A stretch of 64,000 nucleotides of DNA from positions 93,186,001 through 93,250,000 of the forward strand of contig NC_043006.1 in NCBI RefSeq assembly GCF_006345805.1, written 5' to 3'. Shown here piece by piece: positions 12,742 to 26,630 of this stretch. The notes below the pieces were generated by a model, which was not told the origin of the DNA, ran no database searches, and worked only from the letters and a program-made list of their open reading frames with translations. Positions within the stretch are counted from its first letter, which is position 1. Every line of letters starts with the position of its first letter. Source of the stretch: Octopus sinensis (lineage: Eukaryota). The position numbers and the translations under genes were made by a program.

Positions 12742-13154
12742 GCATATATACACGGCAGTCTTGTCTCTAGTTTTTGTCTACCAAATCCAGTCACAAAGCT
12801 TTGTTCGGCCCGAGTCTATAGTAGAAGCCCTTTGCTCAAGTTGCTACGCAGTGGAACAGAACCCGGAACTGCCACACAGCCTTTTCTGTGCCGTTGTTTA
12901 TCATTTCAACATAATTGAAGCCTACCCCATTGCAGACATATCTCTGGAAAATTCTATGAAAAAGAACAAAGGAATGAATAACCAAACTAGAGTTCTCTCT
13001 CTCTCATATATATATGCGCGCGTGTGTGTGTATGGAAATATATGTATAAATGTATATATAGATAGATAGATATACATGTATGTAGATATATACATATATA
13101 CACATATACACACATATCCATGTACATGTAGGTATATATGTATATATATGTCTT

Positions 13155-13242
<88 letters not shown>

Positions 13243-13711
13243 TGAGAACGTTTGTGAACGTCCATAACACAGCAATTTTGTGTTTCACATAGTTTTTTTT
13301 TACTCTTTGAATATAAACTATGAAATAAAGTGAAAATGTATTTTTCCCAATATTGTGCATAATATATAATTCCATACAATATATGCAAATGTGTATCCGC
13401 CACTTCGATATTTCGACTTTTTAGTCAGTCACACCCTCCCCTACACCCGTCTCTCCTTTCGCACATGCTCTTGCGTATCTATCCGCCATAACTACTCTCT
13501 CAGTCGCTCACCGCTCACTCTATGTAATATAATTTTCTGTTGCAAGCATTCATACGGCACCTGCTATTCTATCGCTCTTTCCGTCTCTCTTTCACTCTTT
13601 CTACCGCTCTCTGTACACGAGGTAAAACATGGCCAGAGAACACAACCAATCAACTAACCTACGTTGGCACATATCAGCAATTATACATACATCCATCCAC
13701 ACACACACACT

Positions 13712-13793
<82 letters not shown>

Positions 13794-14199
13794 TATATAT
13801 ATCTATATATATATATATATATATGCATAATATGCACATATGTAGGTATATGTGTGTGTATGTTTGTATATATGTGTGTGTGTTTGTTGTGTGTGTGAGA
13901 GTGTGTATGTATGTATGTATGTGTGTGTATGTGTGTGTGCGTGCGTATGTTTGTATATATATATATGTGTGCGTGTGTATATATATATGTATGTGAATGT
14001 ATATGTGTGTATGTGTGTGTGTGTGTGTGTGTGTTGTGCGTGTGTAGATATGTATGTAAGTATCTGTAAATATGCGTCTGTTTGTGTGCAAGCACGTGCT
14101 GATGTGTATATGAAATTATTATGGAATTATGCTCAGCTTGATTTCCATTTTGAAATCCTGGCACAGAATCGTGTAATGTGTATTAATTATAGATACTTA

Positions 14200-14508
14200 G
14201 CTTCCACTTTATTTGTTACTGCAGAAATATTATCAGTCAGTAAATGATATTATATTTGATACAATCTTATCAAATGGACTGAAAATATACTATAATGGCC
14301 AACATAATGGCAGTTATATGGTGGTCTTTTCTCATAATCATAACGAATTGATCGCTACCTTGCCTGTTATGTTAAACCAATTATTGTGTTTTTCCGTTGC
14401 CATTGCTTGCATATCTACAGCATTATAATGAAAGAGTATTGTACTAGAAATCTTTTGTTTTGCTGTGTGTTTGAATAGGCTTCGTCAAAACAGTCCTATT
14501 TATATGAC
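14200..14508 (-). pseudogene. Heavily decayed candidate exon, GAIN-like
   Basis: Acceptor ttctgttagcag. Fragments SHINRTVLTKPIQTH and YEKRPPYNCHY (compare PKD1 EPRPNEHNC) are separated by stops and frameshifts. Confidence 0.3.
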
Positions 14509-16503
14509 CTGCTAACAGAACTATAACTTCATAGTTGCAACTCATTGAGTGAGTGTGTGAACGATAGGATCAACTGATTACAGAACTCGAAGACTTTTAG
14601 TAAACCCTGGAATCCGAAGTATATGGAGATGGTTTGTATTATTTTTAATTAGAAGCGTCGACACAAATTTCAATGAAAATTCGTCTCCAGTTTTAAATTG
14701 CACTGCCTAACTGAGTTCATAACTGGGGTCCAGAACTCTAGTGGGAAACAAAATCTCACCTGGACGAGACGCCAGTCTGTCGCAGGATGCTTATACGCAG
14801 CTGAGTGAGCGTAAAATAAACTGTTCTGCGCAGAAACACAACGCACCCATTGACCCAGGAATCGAAACCATGATCTTCCGGTTATGAGGGCAAAACTCTA
14901 ACGACTCAGACAGACGCATGCAGTCACTTAGAATCGGAAAAACTGCCTCGGTATGGCAATTTACTTTTTAAATGTCAATCCGTCAGTGTAAACCATAATC
15001 TTCTTGTGGTTAATAAAAATATATCAGTAAAAAAAAAAAAAAAAACGAAAATAGATTACTCACTCACAGAACTTTGAGACGTTGTTCTTATGAAAGAACT
15101 GATGATTTCAATAAAAAAAAATAGATGAATGAGTTACGATTTTATTTTATGGTCAGTTAAGGTACGTGGTTTGGATCTTGAGATGACGATCGTTTTATGC
15201 ACGTTCGATTCTCAGGCCGGTGGGTGTATTTCATCGTTCAGCAAAGAACTTCATTTCTGGCGCCCGTTCAAATAGAGGGCAACAATTTCAGTCATTTACC
15301 ATAAAACCCGGGTGACTAACCCTATGAACCCGAGGTTCACAGATATGAAAATATGTATTAGAAGCAGTCGGGTAGTGATTAATCCTGCGATGGACTAACA
15401 TTCTGTACAGGAACACTCTTGAAAACGTAAGCGCTGCAACGCCACGAAACATATGGTAAGCTCCGGCTTTGTGGGCCTCTTGATTGGAAATATTATAGTT
15501 AACATTAAGAAGATGAGGAATATCACCTTATGTAGATTTTAAAGTAGAAAGATGTTACAGAATTTTGTAAAAATCTTCTTTCCTGACAATTAACGTAAAA
15601 AGACAAAGTAGTCACCTCGTTTGCTTTCGTTCGAGGGATTTAGAAGGAAACCAAAAAATGAAGATGTGTTTTGATAGATGGTTTGATAAAAACTGTCCTT
15701 GTAGAAACGAAAACATTAAATAATCCTTAGAACAGCTGCGATGTTTCTAGAATATCTCATGACAATGCAAGGATAATCCCATTGACAACAAAAACAAAAA
15801 AAGAAGACTGCAACATCATTAACAAGACTGCAGGCGTTAACAGTGATATCGATAAAGCACTGGCAGCCATGAACAAAGAATTAGTTCTAAAGTTGGTAGA
15901 ATCTCTTGCTAGCATAGTAAAAAAAAGTCGAAGGTGCGTAGTGTGAGGGGGAGAGCATTACATGCAGGTTGTAATAGCGTGGTTTCGATTCTCAAACCTG
16001 GTGGTACGTTGTGTTCTTCAGTAAAATACTTCATCTCACATCGCTACAGTCCACTCAGCTGTAAATAAATAACCCTGTGACAGACTGGCGCTCGGTTCAA
16101 ATAGAGGGCCACAATTTCAGTCACTTACCATGAAACCCGGATAACTAACCCTATGAGCCCGAAGACTTTTCACAGTAAGTCTAGAGTATAATGATGATGA
16201 TGGTGACGTCCACGACGACGTCGTCTATAATAAAACAACGAACACTTGAACGAGAAAGCCTCGAAGAGGATGATGTATCCGAGAAGTAACAAAGTAACAG
16301 TCAAATCACCGTCAAACAGCCCCTTCACATATTAGAAAGAGTGAAAGCTAAATGTGATAACGCAGTCCTGGATATGATAAGCCTGAAAGAAAGTATAAAA
16401 AAAACAAGTGATAGTTACGGCAGGAAAATCTTTCGTCATGTACTTTCTGGAAAATACACAGTTCAATTTTTAAAAATGAACATTATAATTACTGGTATCT
16501 TAC

Positions 16504-17626
16504 TTGTGGAGTATATACTGTTGTCATATATTACTGTAGCGCCGTATGCGGCATTTAGAATTATATACATTTTTATATTCTCTGCGGTTATTTTTTGTCT
16601 TTTCTGAAGGTTATGTTCATTCCTCTTTTCCTTTTGTACGCTCACACCTCCCGGTATGTTAAAACCTGTTGAATTTCCTTCCGGTCTGGTGCATTTTGAT
16701 TTAGTTATATCATTTAACACGTTGACTGCCAACTACGAATTATCTCCTGGTTGGCAATCTATACAATTTTGCCAGGTATGAGCATACGCGTAGAGGCCTA
16801 TTTTATTGTAACACGCTTAAAATGAACTGGTGTCTGGAACTAACATTGTGAGTGTGTGGTGGAAGCATTAAAGACACCTTTTATTTGCCCAATCATACGA
16901 ATTAACTCGTATCATAGCACTTACCAGGAAATATATTTGGTAAACATCTATATATATCAGGTATAAGTATTAGATTTCGATGCAGTTGGTGCCGGAAAAC
17001 TTGGTGCAGTTGGTACAGGAGAACTACATTGTCTCTTACGACCTCGAGCAACTAATTGTTCATCTTCTTCAGTAGAACTGGTGTCACTGGTATTACTTCC
17101 ACTGGTATTTGCTACATAATTTTTATCCAAAGCATCTGAGTATTCACTCTCTGACTCTAAGACATCATCTTCCGCTAGTTTATTTTCCACGGGTTCCTGA
17201 AGCATTCCAGCAATTTTTTTCACTGGAAAGGCTTTTTGGCATCTTATATATTACAAATCAAATTTATAATAATTCTTTATAAATCTGAAAAGATAAAAAA
17301 AAAGCATTATACAATGAAGTGACATAGTCAAATAATGATTAACATACTCTTAAAGCCTTCGTAGCAAACCAATCTGAGCATTTTGCATTACTATGAGATA
17401 ACTTGTATCACGTCATTGTAGTGTAATTACAGGTATTATTTCAGCTTTCTGATTTGGGAAAGTTAAAAAAACCCTTTTGGCAAGGAGAAGCAGATCATAT
17501 CGATATCCTGTGGCAGACGACGTGTTAAATCATATTCTATAACACACTTTGAAATATAAGGTTTCTTCCATTTTTTTTTTGTTTTTATAATGGTTATTGT
17601 GATGTGAAATCTTCCTAAATATGACC
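16504..17626 (-). pseudogene. GAIN-like exon (312 nt when reconstituted) interrupted by a piggyBac
   Basis: Acceptor tttgatcttttactttccag, donor GTAAGA. Removing 16718-17524 and one TTAA gives a continuous 104-codon phase 1-1 exon: GSYLGRFHITI...EYDL|NDITKSKC...GFNIPGG...YDNSIYST. Confidence 0.65.
16718..17524 (-). mobile_element. Internally deleted piggyBac-family DNA transposon
   Basis: TTAA on both sides (16714-17, 17525-28). Imperfect TIRs cacgttgactgcca / cacgtcgtctgcca. An acidic Ser-rich transposase N-terminus (MPKSLSSEK..IAGMLQE...ESESEYSD) is preceded by a strong splice acceptor; the catalytic domain is absent. Confidence 0.8.
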
Positions 17627-20600
17627 CTGGAAAGTAAAAGATCAAATTTTGGATGTAAACACGACTGAGTGGCCAACAGTTTTTCTTTGCAGCTATGTTT
17701 TTCTTGTTTCTATTCTACTACAGTCTTAAGTTTGTTCAAGAGTAATACTAACAAGGCCATGGGTCATCTAAAAGCTTCTGAAAGGAATATAGTAAATAGA
17801 AATTGAAGGAAAGCTCATCAGTGGAACCATTTCTGTTCTGGGGTGGTAGGCATAATCCGGTTACCTATTTCATTAACAAGTTTTGTACGTTAATGCTTTA
17901 ATCCGTGTCCCATCTGATGTAAATATTCGGCCCAGGCCTTAGATCGAAAGCGAACGTATTCTCTTACTTTTACCAATCACTAAGTTCGAAGAAAATGTAA
18001 ATGGTAACACACTTCCTTATTTCGCTAAGAAAACAAGTAAATTTAAATTTGATTGTAAATGAAAATTATGAGAATTAGTTATTCCTTATAAAATTATCAT
18101 CGAAAGTCATCTTATGCCACAAAGTCGAAACTATCCTTTGGCAATTTATAATATATCAGGAAACAAAATATACGTGAGATAAGCCGTTCATTTTAGGTTG
18201 TATATCGGTCTCTTGGTATTTTTTCATTTTAGCTGGCAGAAAAATTAGTGTTCAAATGCTTCCGAGGTTAACGTTGCCTTTCTTCCCTCCAGGATCGTTA
18301 CAATAATGTACTATTGCGGTACTTAGATCGATGATAGTGACTAATCCCCTCAGGTCGAAATTGCTGGCCTTGTACTTAAATCAGAGAACCTGGCAAAGCA
18401 TCAGCGTGTTGGAGGAAATGTATATTGTAGCATTTGTTCCAACCGCTCGCGCTCTGATTTCAAATCCTGCGTGGGGTCAGTTATGACTGTGAACCTTTTT
18501 GGTTCGATAATATATAAGGTGTAAGTCATGCACTGGGGTCAACGATATCGACTAAAGCCCTCAGGTTCGGAAATTTTGGACCACTTGTACTCAAGTGGTA
18601 TTTATTTTATTGACTCCCGAATGCATGAAAGGCAAGGTCTACCTAGCCGGAATTTGAATTCAGAACGTAAAACGGACAAAATACTGCTGAGCATTTTGTC
18701 CGGGGTGCTAACAGTTCAGCCAAATCGCAACCACCTGCCCATCTGTATTACAGACAATTATTCTATTTTAAAGCGCGCGCAATTATTTCGGGGCGTTATA
18801 CACCTATTGGTTTCCAACTCGGATTTTTTAAACACTCGACGTCGGTAAAATAAAGTATAAATAAAGAACTAGATTTCATTTAAAAGAGTCCGTAACCCAA
18901 AGAAATGTGCTTTATTTTTCTATCCAATAGGCGCAAATCTCTGATATTTTGCAGGAAGGGGCGAGTCGATTATATCGACCGATCTGCTCGACTGGAACTT
19001 ATTTCATCCGACCGAAAAGGATCAAGAGCAAAGTCGACCTCGGTGGAATTTGAATTCAGAACATAAAACCGGAAGAAATGCAACTAAGCATTTTCTCGGA
19101 ATGCTAACGAATCTGCCGGCTGGTCATCATCAAACGAAAGGCAATCAGATAGCTTTATTTCAACACAACCTCATCTGTTAGAATTCTACAAGGTTTGATT
19201 TCAATTTTCATTACCTCTTCCACCCCTTTACAGTTATAATTCCCACAAACATGGACTCCGGTAGGATTTTATGAATTAGTATGGAGTAAGGTATGGCTCT
19301 GTTGTTTAAGGGTTCGCTTCTACACAGCGTTCTTTCAGCAACTGGAGCAATTGTCTTCTACCATATACGATTCCTTTCTATAAATAATTCATTCATCTGT
19401 TAGAGACCCGTCTGAAATTAGCAGCTAATCACTTAGCTTATTACAACTTGTGATATCTTTTATGTTCTACTTGTTTCAGTCATTGCACTGCGGTCAAGCT
19501 GGAGCACCAAGTTGAAGTGTTACTTTGAACGAATCGAAACCAGTACATATATTTTGAGTCTGGCACTTAAGGTATCGGATTCTTTTGCTGGACTGCTTGT
19601 AAGCAGTGACGTAAACAAACCAATACGACTGTCAAGTGGTGGTTGGGATAAAAAAGCAAACACAATGACACATGAGCATAGAAACACACACACGCACGTA
19701 CGTGAACGCACACACGTGAACACGCGCACATATATTTGCATAGATCCGACGGGTTTCCACAGTTTCCGTCTACGAAATTCACTTACAAAGCACACGATAG
19801 AACTGAACACGAGACCATGTAGTTAAAAAGCGAGCTTTAAATATGATAAATGATGTAGTATAATTGATTTATCTAAACTATTATAAACCACCTATCACTT
19901 CTGGTTCGCAGTTCAGCAAAGTAAAAGGAACCTACATTTGTCACTTTACGGTGAAGAGAACGTTACGTGGAAACCGGCTTTGTTTCACTCAATATTACCT
20001 ACGCAGTTTACATGTGTTATATAAATCTTGCAGGCAAAACGGCTTAGGCTATGTCATGTTCGCTGGTATCAGTATTATCTTCACTGCAAATATTCCATCA
20101 AAAGCCCTGCATGCCATAAGGATTTCATGCATTATCTTCTATCTTTTTCCCACATTCATCATTGACACCTAATCCTTAACAATCGTATTCAAATAACAGA
20201 ATCATATAATCCTTTCCGATCCCCTGCTTTCGTAACATTTTATATTACACTTCTTGCATTCTATAAACTCATTAAACATATCGTCAAATACGACCAAACA
20301 ACGCTGACTAAGATCCAATCGTCAACATTAAGATTTTCAATGTTGGTAATTCGGAACAAAATCTATATCTAATGAACATTTCCAATTATAATAATCTTAA
20401 TTACTACGCGTGCCATAATTTGGTATCCTCAATGTCAATTATTACACATTATACGTATATTTAATAATTCAGCCGTTTGATTTTGCGCTTCTAAGACGGG
20501 GCTGTCACTGATCTCCGAATTAAGTTAACATTCTGCAGACTTATAAAACTCGACTGTTGTGGTAATATCATATTCGTATGAACTGCTATAATTTGTCTGT

Positions 20601-20668
20601 TTCTTTTAAGCAACATAGTAATTAATATCCATTCTGACGCAGTAGACAAATATGAACGCAGTTATATG

Positions 20669-20745
<77 letters not shown>

Positions 20746-21172
20746 GTGTATGTATATATATATATATTTATTTATTGTTGTATATGAAAACTAAACGACA
20801 CCTGCGTATGTGTGTGTGTCTGTGTGTCTGTGTGTGTGTAAGATTAGTCTTAGTGCACTAGCGGTTTCAGAATTGTACTCACGGTTTTAAGGCGTAGGTT
20901 TAATTCATTCCTGAACCGGCTGGTGCGAAATGTCCTTCAGCAAAGCACTTTACTTTCCATTAATCTTGTCTACTTAGCTGCACGTAATTAGCAGCTTAAT
21001 GCTGATGTAGATTCTTCTGCCTCCAGCCATCACATCCATGATGTTTCGCAGAGGCAACGCGCGGACGACCACAATTGCATAGGCAACTAAAACAACAACA
21101 CATGATACATTCCCAAAAGTCAAACTGGTTTGCGACTGACGCTTCTGTTTGTGTGTGTGTGTGTGTCCGTTC

Positions 21173-21242
<70 letters not shown>

Positions 21243-21252
21243 GTGTATGTAT

Positions 21253-21284
<32 letters not shown>

Positions 21285-21568
21285 GTAGAAATATGTTACG
21301 AAAAGAAAATATAAAATACACGTGGAAATGTAAGGGTAAAATATGAAAAATCAACGAAAATACATAATGCAAATAGAAAAAGGCTATTATGACAGGTAGT
21401 GACAATACATACATTTAGATTGACTGAAGTAGTAATACGAGTCATAAAGGTCATTATTGCTAGATGATTATAAGATGATAATAAAGTGAGAGAACAAAAC
21501 GAACAGTGGTTTACGCGAAGGCTATTCATCGTATATATGTATATATATATATATCTATATATATATAG

Positions 21569-21773
21569 ATATACCAATTAAGGACTGAACACGAAAGTGG
21601 ACAGTCAACATGCTAGATATAGACGTCAAATCGCCATTCACCACAAAAGATTATGTTCTCAGATCAAATCAGTTTGATCTGAGAACATAATCTTTTGTGG
21701 TGAATGGCGATTTGACGTCTATATCTAGCATGTTGACTGTCCACTTTTCGTGTTCAGTCCTTAATTGGTATAT
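21569..21773. repeat. Near-perfect 205-bp palindrome
   Basis: Arms of 100 and 101 bp differ by one indel around a tcag loop (21669-72). Confidence 0.95.
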
Positions 21774-22084
21774 ATAAATATTTTAATCTTCGAATTCTTT
21801 TTCAATATGCTAGACCACTGGTCTAATTGATAAATATCAATTTCTACCCTTAATTAATATTATATATATATATATATATATAATTTATTTTATAGAAGGA
21901 GCTTCTACAGGACTAGAACTGTTTAATTCAGAAGAAATCATCGAGTTACGGACTGGAGTTGATAAGATCCCGGTTACATATGTCTCATAGGAAGCAGAAC
22001 CTCAGAAGTGATAAATATCCAGGCGAGGTGTATACCGCAGGCCCCTTTTCTGGAAACAGATATATATATATAATATATATATAT

Positions 22085-22352
<268 letters not shown>

Positions 22353-22725
22353 CTATAATCTGTGTGCTTATAGTATTAGGAAATGATATACGAATAATGC
22401 CTGATACAATTTAGGTATGAATACATGCAGATACAGATGTTAGATAACCAAATGTACATTCATGTATTGCTTATTTTCTCCGGAGAAAATCGTGTCTGGT
22501 ATTGGAGCTTTGATTTTTAAAAATGGATGCACAAATGAGATTTCATCAGCAGAATAATAACTATTTCATAAAGAAGCTTTACCGTTTATTTATCTATTGA
22601 GAAAAAGAAAACAAAGGATATACAAATATTGTCAAAATATTGACGTCAAATTTTGGTACAGGGCCATCAGTTCCGAGGAGGTAGGCAAGTCGATTACATT
22701 GAATCCAGTGCTCGAATGGTACTTA

Positions 22726-23226
22726 TAGATGTTTTCGATGTAATTTGGATTCTTTGCCATCAAATTTGAATTTTTCAATTGGTGCTTAAGCCTTGAAAAC
22801 AAAAGAGAGTTAAACTACATCAGCCGTAAAGGAATACATGTCTATCTTATCTAACTCGTCCAGTGGTGCCCACCAGTTGATATCTGAAAAGTTCGATTAA
22901 ATAACTCATGAACACTGCGATAGCTTCTACCAAAAGATGTTCCGTTCTAAACCGGTCTGAACAAGGGGAGATAATAGAAAAAGAATAATTCGTTTATTAT
23001 CTCCCCTTGTTCAGATCTGTCAACGTAACGTAGCATCTTTTGGTAGAAGCTATCGCAGTGTTCATGAGTTATTTCATCGAACTTTTCAGATATCAATTGG
23101 TCAGCTCTACGGACGAGTTAGATAAGATAGACATGTATTCCCTTGTGGCTGATGTAGTTTTTCAATTTTGATTGCAAAGAATTCAAATTTGATGGCAAAG
23201 AATCCAAACTAGATCGAAAACATCTA
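22726..23226. mobile_element. 501-bp fold-back MITE with TA duplication, inserted in a SINE
   Basis: Almost wholly self-complementary (ends TAGATGTTTTCGAT...ATCGAAAACATCTA), with TA at 22724-25 and 23227-28; it splits the SINE motif ggtactta|ttttatc. Confidence 0.85.
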
Positions 23227-24056
23227 TATTTTATCAATCGCAAAACGATGAAAGACAAAGTCAACCGCGACAGAATTTGAATTCAGGACATAAAGATGGC
23301 AGCATGTCGCTGAACATCATGCCCGGCGCGCTAATGTTTCCTCCACATCATCGGCTTCATGATGCTGTCAAAATATGGAAGACATACATTTGCTCAATTT
23401 GCCTGTAAAATATCTTATAAGGCCAGTTGTATGCAGCGAACGTAAAAATAGGGTTTCATATTCGTCTTCAACAATGTGCTACGACGATTAGATGCTTTGC
23501 AATTATCATGTTGCATCTTTATTTTTTATTTGTTTCAGTCAGTGGAATCTAGCAATTCTAGGAGAACACTATGAAAGGTTTTCCTTGAACAAAGCGACCC
23601 AGCAACTATAAATCAGGTACTTATTCTATTGCTACCGTTTTTTACGAACCACTCAGTTATCGGGATTGAAACAAACCAACATCGGTTGACAAGTTGTTCG
23701 GGAGACAAACACAAGCACACGCACGCGCGTGCACACGTATACCACACATACAATAGAGTATAGAAAAATGTGTTATGAAAATGTTCCCTCTAGTCTAATG
23801 TAAGCCGCCAGTGAGCGATATTTGCAAGTGAATTAACTTTGATGTGTCATTATAACTTCAAAAGAATGTCAACCAGATCCATTATAGATTAGAAGCTGAA
23901 ATACGATTCTGAAATCATCGTTTTCAAATAATTATATTAGACTTGCGCTTTAGTTTTATATTGGATATGGAGTGGAATACGAGAGAACGGCTTACGCTAT
24001 TGATTTCATTCATATAGTTAATAATGAATGTAAAACAACATAAAAAAGAAATTTAC

Positions 24057-24232
24057 TGGCTTCGGCAGTTATACTAGCGCAGATAGTTAAATCAAATGGA
24101 AGAAACAATGTAGAAAGTTGAACTTCAAGATAAACAACTTTGCTAAATTTATATAAGCCATTGGTTAACACTGGAAGATATGCAAATATCAGTTGAATTT
24201 CACTGGAATATATCAAGAAATAATAACGCAAC
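24057..24232 (-). pseudogene. Exon relic, C-terminal REJ-like, open
   Basis: Acceptor ttatatctttatag, donor GTAAAT; LRYYFLIYSSEIQ...STLFLPFDLTICASITAEA fits the REJ pattern PLxYxF...LP...LT(V/I). It ends in phase 1, matching the exon at 17626. Confidence 0.6.
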
Positions 24233-25533
24233 CTATAAAGATATAATAGCATTATTTCCACTTTGGAGAAAGCTACACAGATGAATTTTAAATCGAGTAT
24301 CACGCCCACGTATATGAGAGTATGTAATCTTATGATTTCACCTAAGTTTCTTTACTGGCATTCTTCATAATCCACATGGAAGAGGATTAAACTGTTTTCC
24401 TCGGCTACATTTCAATAAAATTGTAAAATTGAGGTAATCCTACACAGTCACCTATACATTTGATTTTAACTATTTGTTGTGAAAGAAGCGTTTAAAATTT
24501 TAAAATCGTGTTCAATGATGTTTGGCTACGGAAGTGGATCACAAGATACGTATTTTCACAATTTCTGATAGGAGTATGTAAACATATAACCTTTTAGAAG
24601 CAACTGTTGGTTCAAAGCAGAGTTGCTCAACCGTTTAAATGTGCAGCACACTTGAAATTAAGTTAATATTTGTGGCAACTTCATAGGAGAAGCATGATAG
24701 ATGTGATAGTTTAATAAATTATATTGAACTACTCAGTAATCAGCAAACAATTTTGTTTGGCAGATCTGTTCTATAAAATAAGAATTTCTTCTTTCCAACC
24801 ATACCCCACTCCCGTAAAAATTCAGATTCAAGTCAATATTTCGGATCAATGGCCTTAAAGAGCGAATGATGTACCCTGAACAGAAACTTGTCCTATACAG
24901 TTTACAATTATTACAAGTGCATAGAATATGAAATATACTTGTTAGTTATTCTTTAACTGCCTCTCTGTAATTTATCACCTTGTGTAATGATGAAAAGTGG
25001 CGCTGAAAGGTTTTATCTTAGGAGGTGAGCTGGCAGAGTTGTTACCGGAAAAAACGGCTTAGCTGCATTTACTTTCAATTAACGCCGAGGTAGACATTGA
25101 CATTCATCGTTTCAGGGTTGATAAAATAAGTACCATTTGAAAACTGGGGGTCAGTGTAATCGACTTATCTCATCCCCCGAAATCCCTAGCCTTGTACCAA
25201 TATCTGAAACCAATATTTCCTACTTCAAAAGTCAGTTCACTTTGTTGCTTTGTGTGACATTAAGCTGGGTCACAGTATTTCAAATTCGGAGTTTTTTGTC
25301 ATGTATTATCTCCCACTTTATCGTAAATAGTCTATGTACCATATGAATGATAATTCTGGTTATATGTAGAGAGAAATGAGGACATAGTTAGAAGATTATG
25401 ATTAAATAGTCTCCATTTAATTCTTTATCGTGAATTAGGGAAACAATTTAGGATGTTCAAGTCCTTGACACCCACAATTCTGTGTTACTTTCCATAATTA
25501 ATTTTTGTCGTAATTATACATATTTTAGTGGTC

Positions 25534-25583
<50 letters not shown>

Positions 25584-25749
25584 CGCACACACGCACACAG
25601 AGGCTCACGCACGCACACACACACAAATCATACATACATGTATGCAGACACACACATTTGTATGAAAGATAGATAAACAGACAATTATTAGATGCAAGTA
25701 TATTAAATTTGCGCGTTATAATACACACAGTGGGAATAAAAACCGAAAC

Positions 25750-25880
25750 CCAGTGACTGATATGAACATTTCACCGAAACGTTTCTTTCAACTGAAATTG
25801 CATGCGATGATGGCCCAACTTGTTGAAACTTCGAAGTCACTGTCAATGATATTCTTGCTTAAGAATAATAAATTCGTACT
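25750..25880 (-). pseudogene. Exon relic, REJ-like, with one TGA; 3' boundary uncertain
   Basis: Acceptor ctctcttacttttgtag; STNLLFLSKNIIDSDFEVSTSWAIIACNFS*KKRFGEMFISV. Confidence 0.45.
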
Positions 25881-26429
25881 CTACAAAAGTAAGAGAGTAA
25901 CTTTTCAGATTCAAGTAACATTGTTTTGTAATTGAACATAAAAACAAACATTAACAATAAATGCAGCACACTTACACACACGCACACAAACACACACAAA
26001 CACACATGTATGTATATATACAACTTTTTTTTATACTCTGTCTTCAATTAAAATTTTCCATAGAAACACGTTTCCATTAACTTACTATTGTTCTATTAAA
26101 TACTGCAAAATACTAATACATTTAGAAGACAAAATAACGTTTCCTAACTGAAATAGCTCTGATATTGTTTACACAATTTAAATGTAGAAAACAATGGACA
26201 AATCGACAACGTTTAGAATAAATCCAAAGCAGTAAAACACAATGACTAATCTTTGAATATGTTTCATTTCTGATTCTATCAATAAGCATTTTTTTCTTCT
26301 TTATGTTTTCCTCTTTGCTTTTTGCCTTCATATAACGCACAACTAATTTAAACTTATATTCCAGTTATAAATTCATTCAGAAGCTATATTCAATTTCTAC
26401 ATTACTGATTTATATAGTTATTATTTGAG

Positions 26430-26630
26430 TCAGGTCCACCCATGCGCGTAAGCATCTCTAGAATCATTAATAAGTTTGCTGAAATGAGAGATGCCATTGA
26501 ACAAGAATGCACACAAATACCTAATGAAATGTTCCTTGCTGTTATTAATTCCATTACTTCCCGTTGTCAACAATGTCTGGATCAGAATGGATATCAATTT
26601 GAAAAGAAACGATAGCAAATTCGTTAAAAG
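26430..26630 (+). mobile_element. Tc1/mariner transposase C-terminal remnant
   Basis: One frame reads EMRDAIEQECTQIPNEMFLAVINSITSRCQQCLDQNGYQFEK, typical of Tc1/mariner C-termini (RxxxCxxxxGxxFE). Confidence 0.45.

Noticed and set aside
14213-14428. Plus-strand 71-aa ORF after a possible acceptor
   Set aside because: It has no partner exons on the plus strand and overlaps a candidate minus-strand relic exon; unresolved.
16341-16607. Plus-strand 88-aa hydrophobic ORF
   Set aside because: It is the antisense shadow of the minus-strand exon, which has the splice signals and frame continuity.
17660-17777. Strong minus-strand acceptor and helical-looking peptide (ALLVLLLNKLKTVVE)
   Set aside because: Every frame has stops and there is no credible donor far enough from the next acceptor; it may still be a relic exon.
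19864-20640. Unique-looking sequence with a 102-aa plus ORF
   Set aside because: No motif, and the minus frames have many stops; cannot be assigned.
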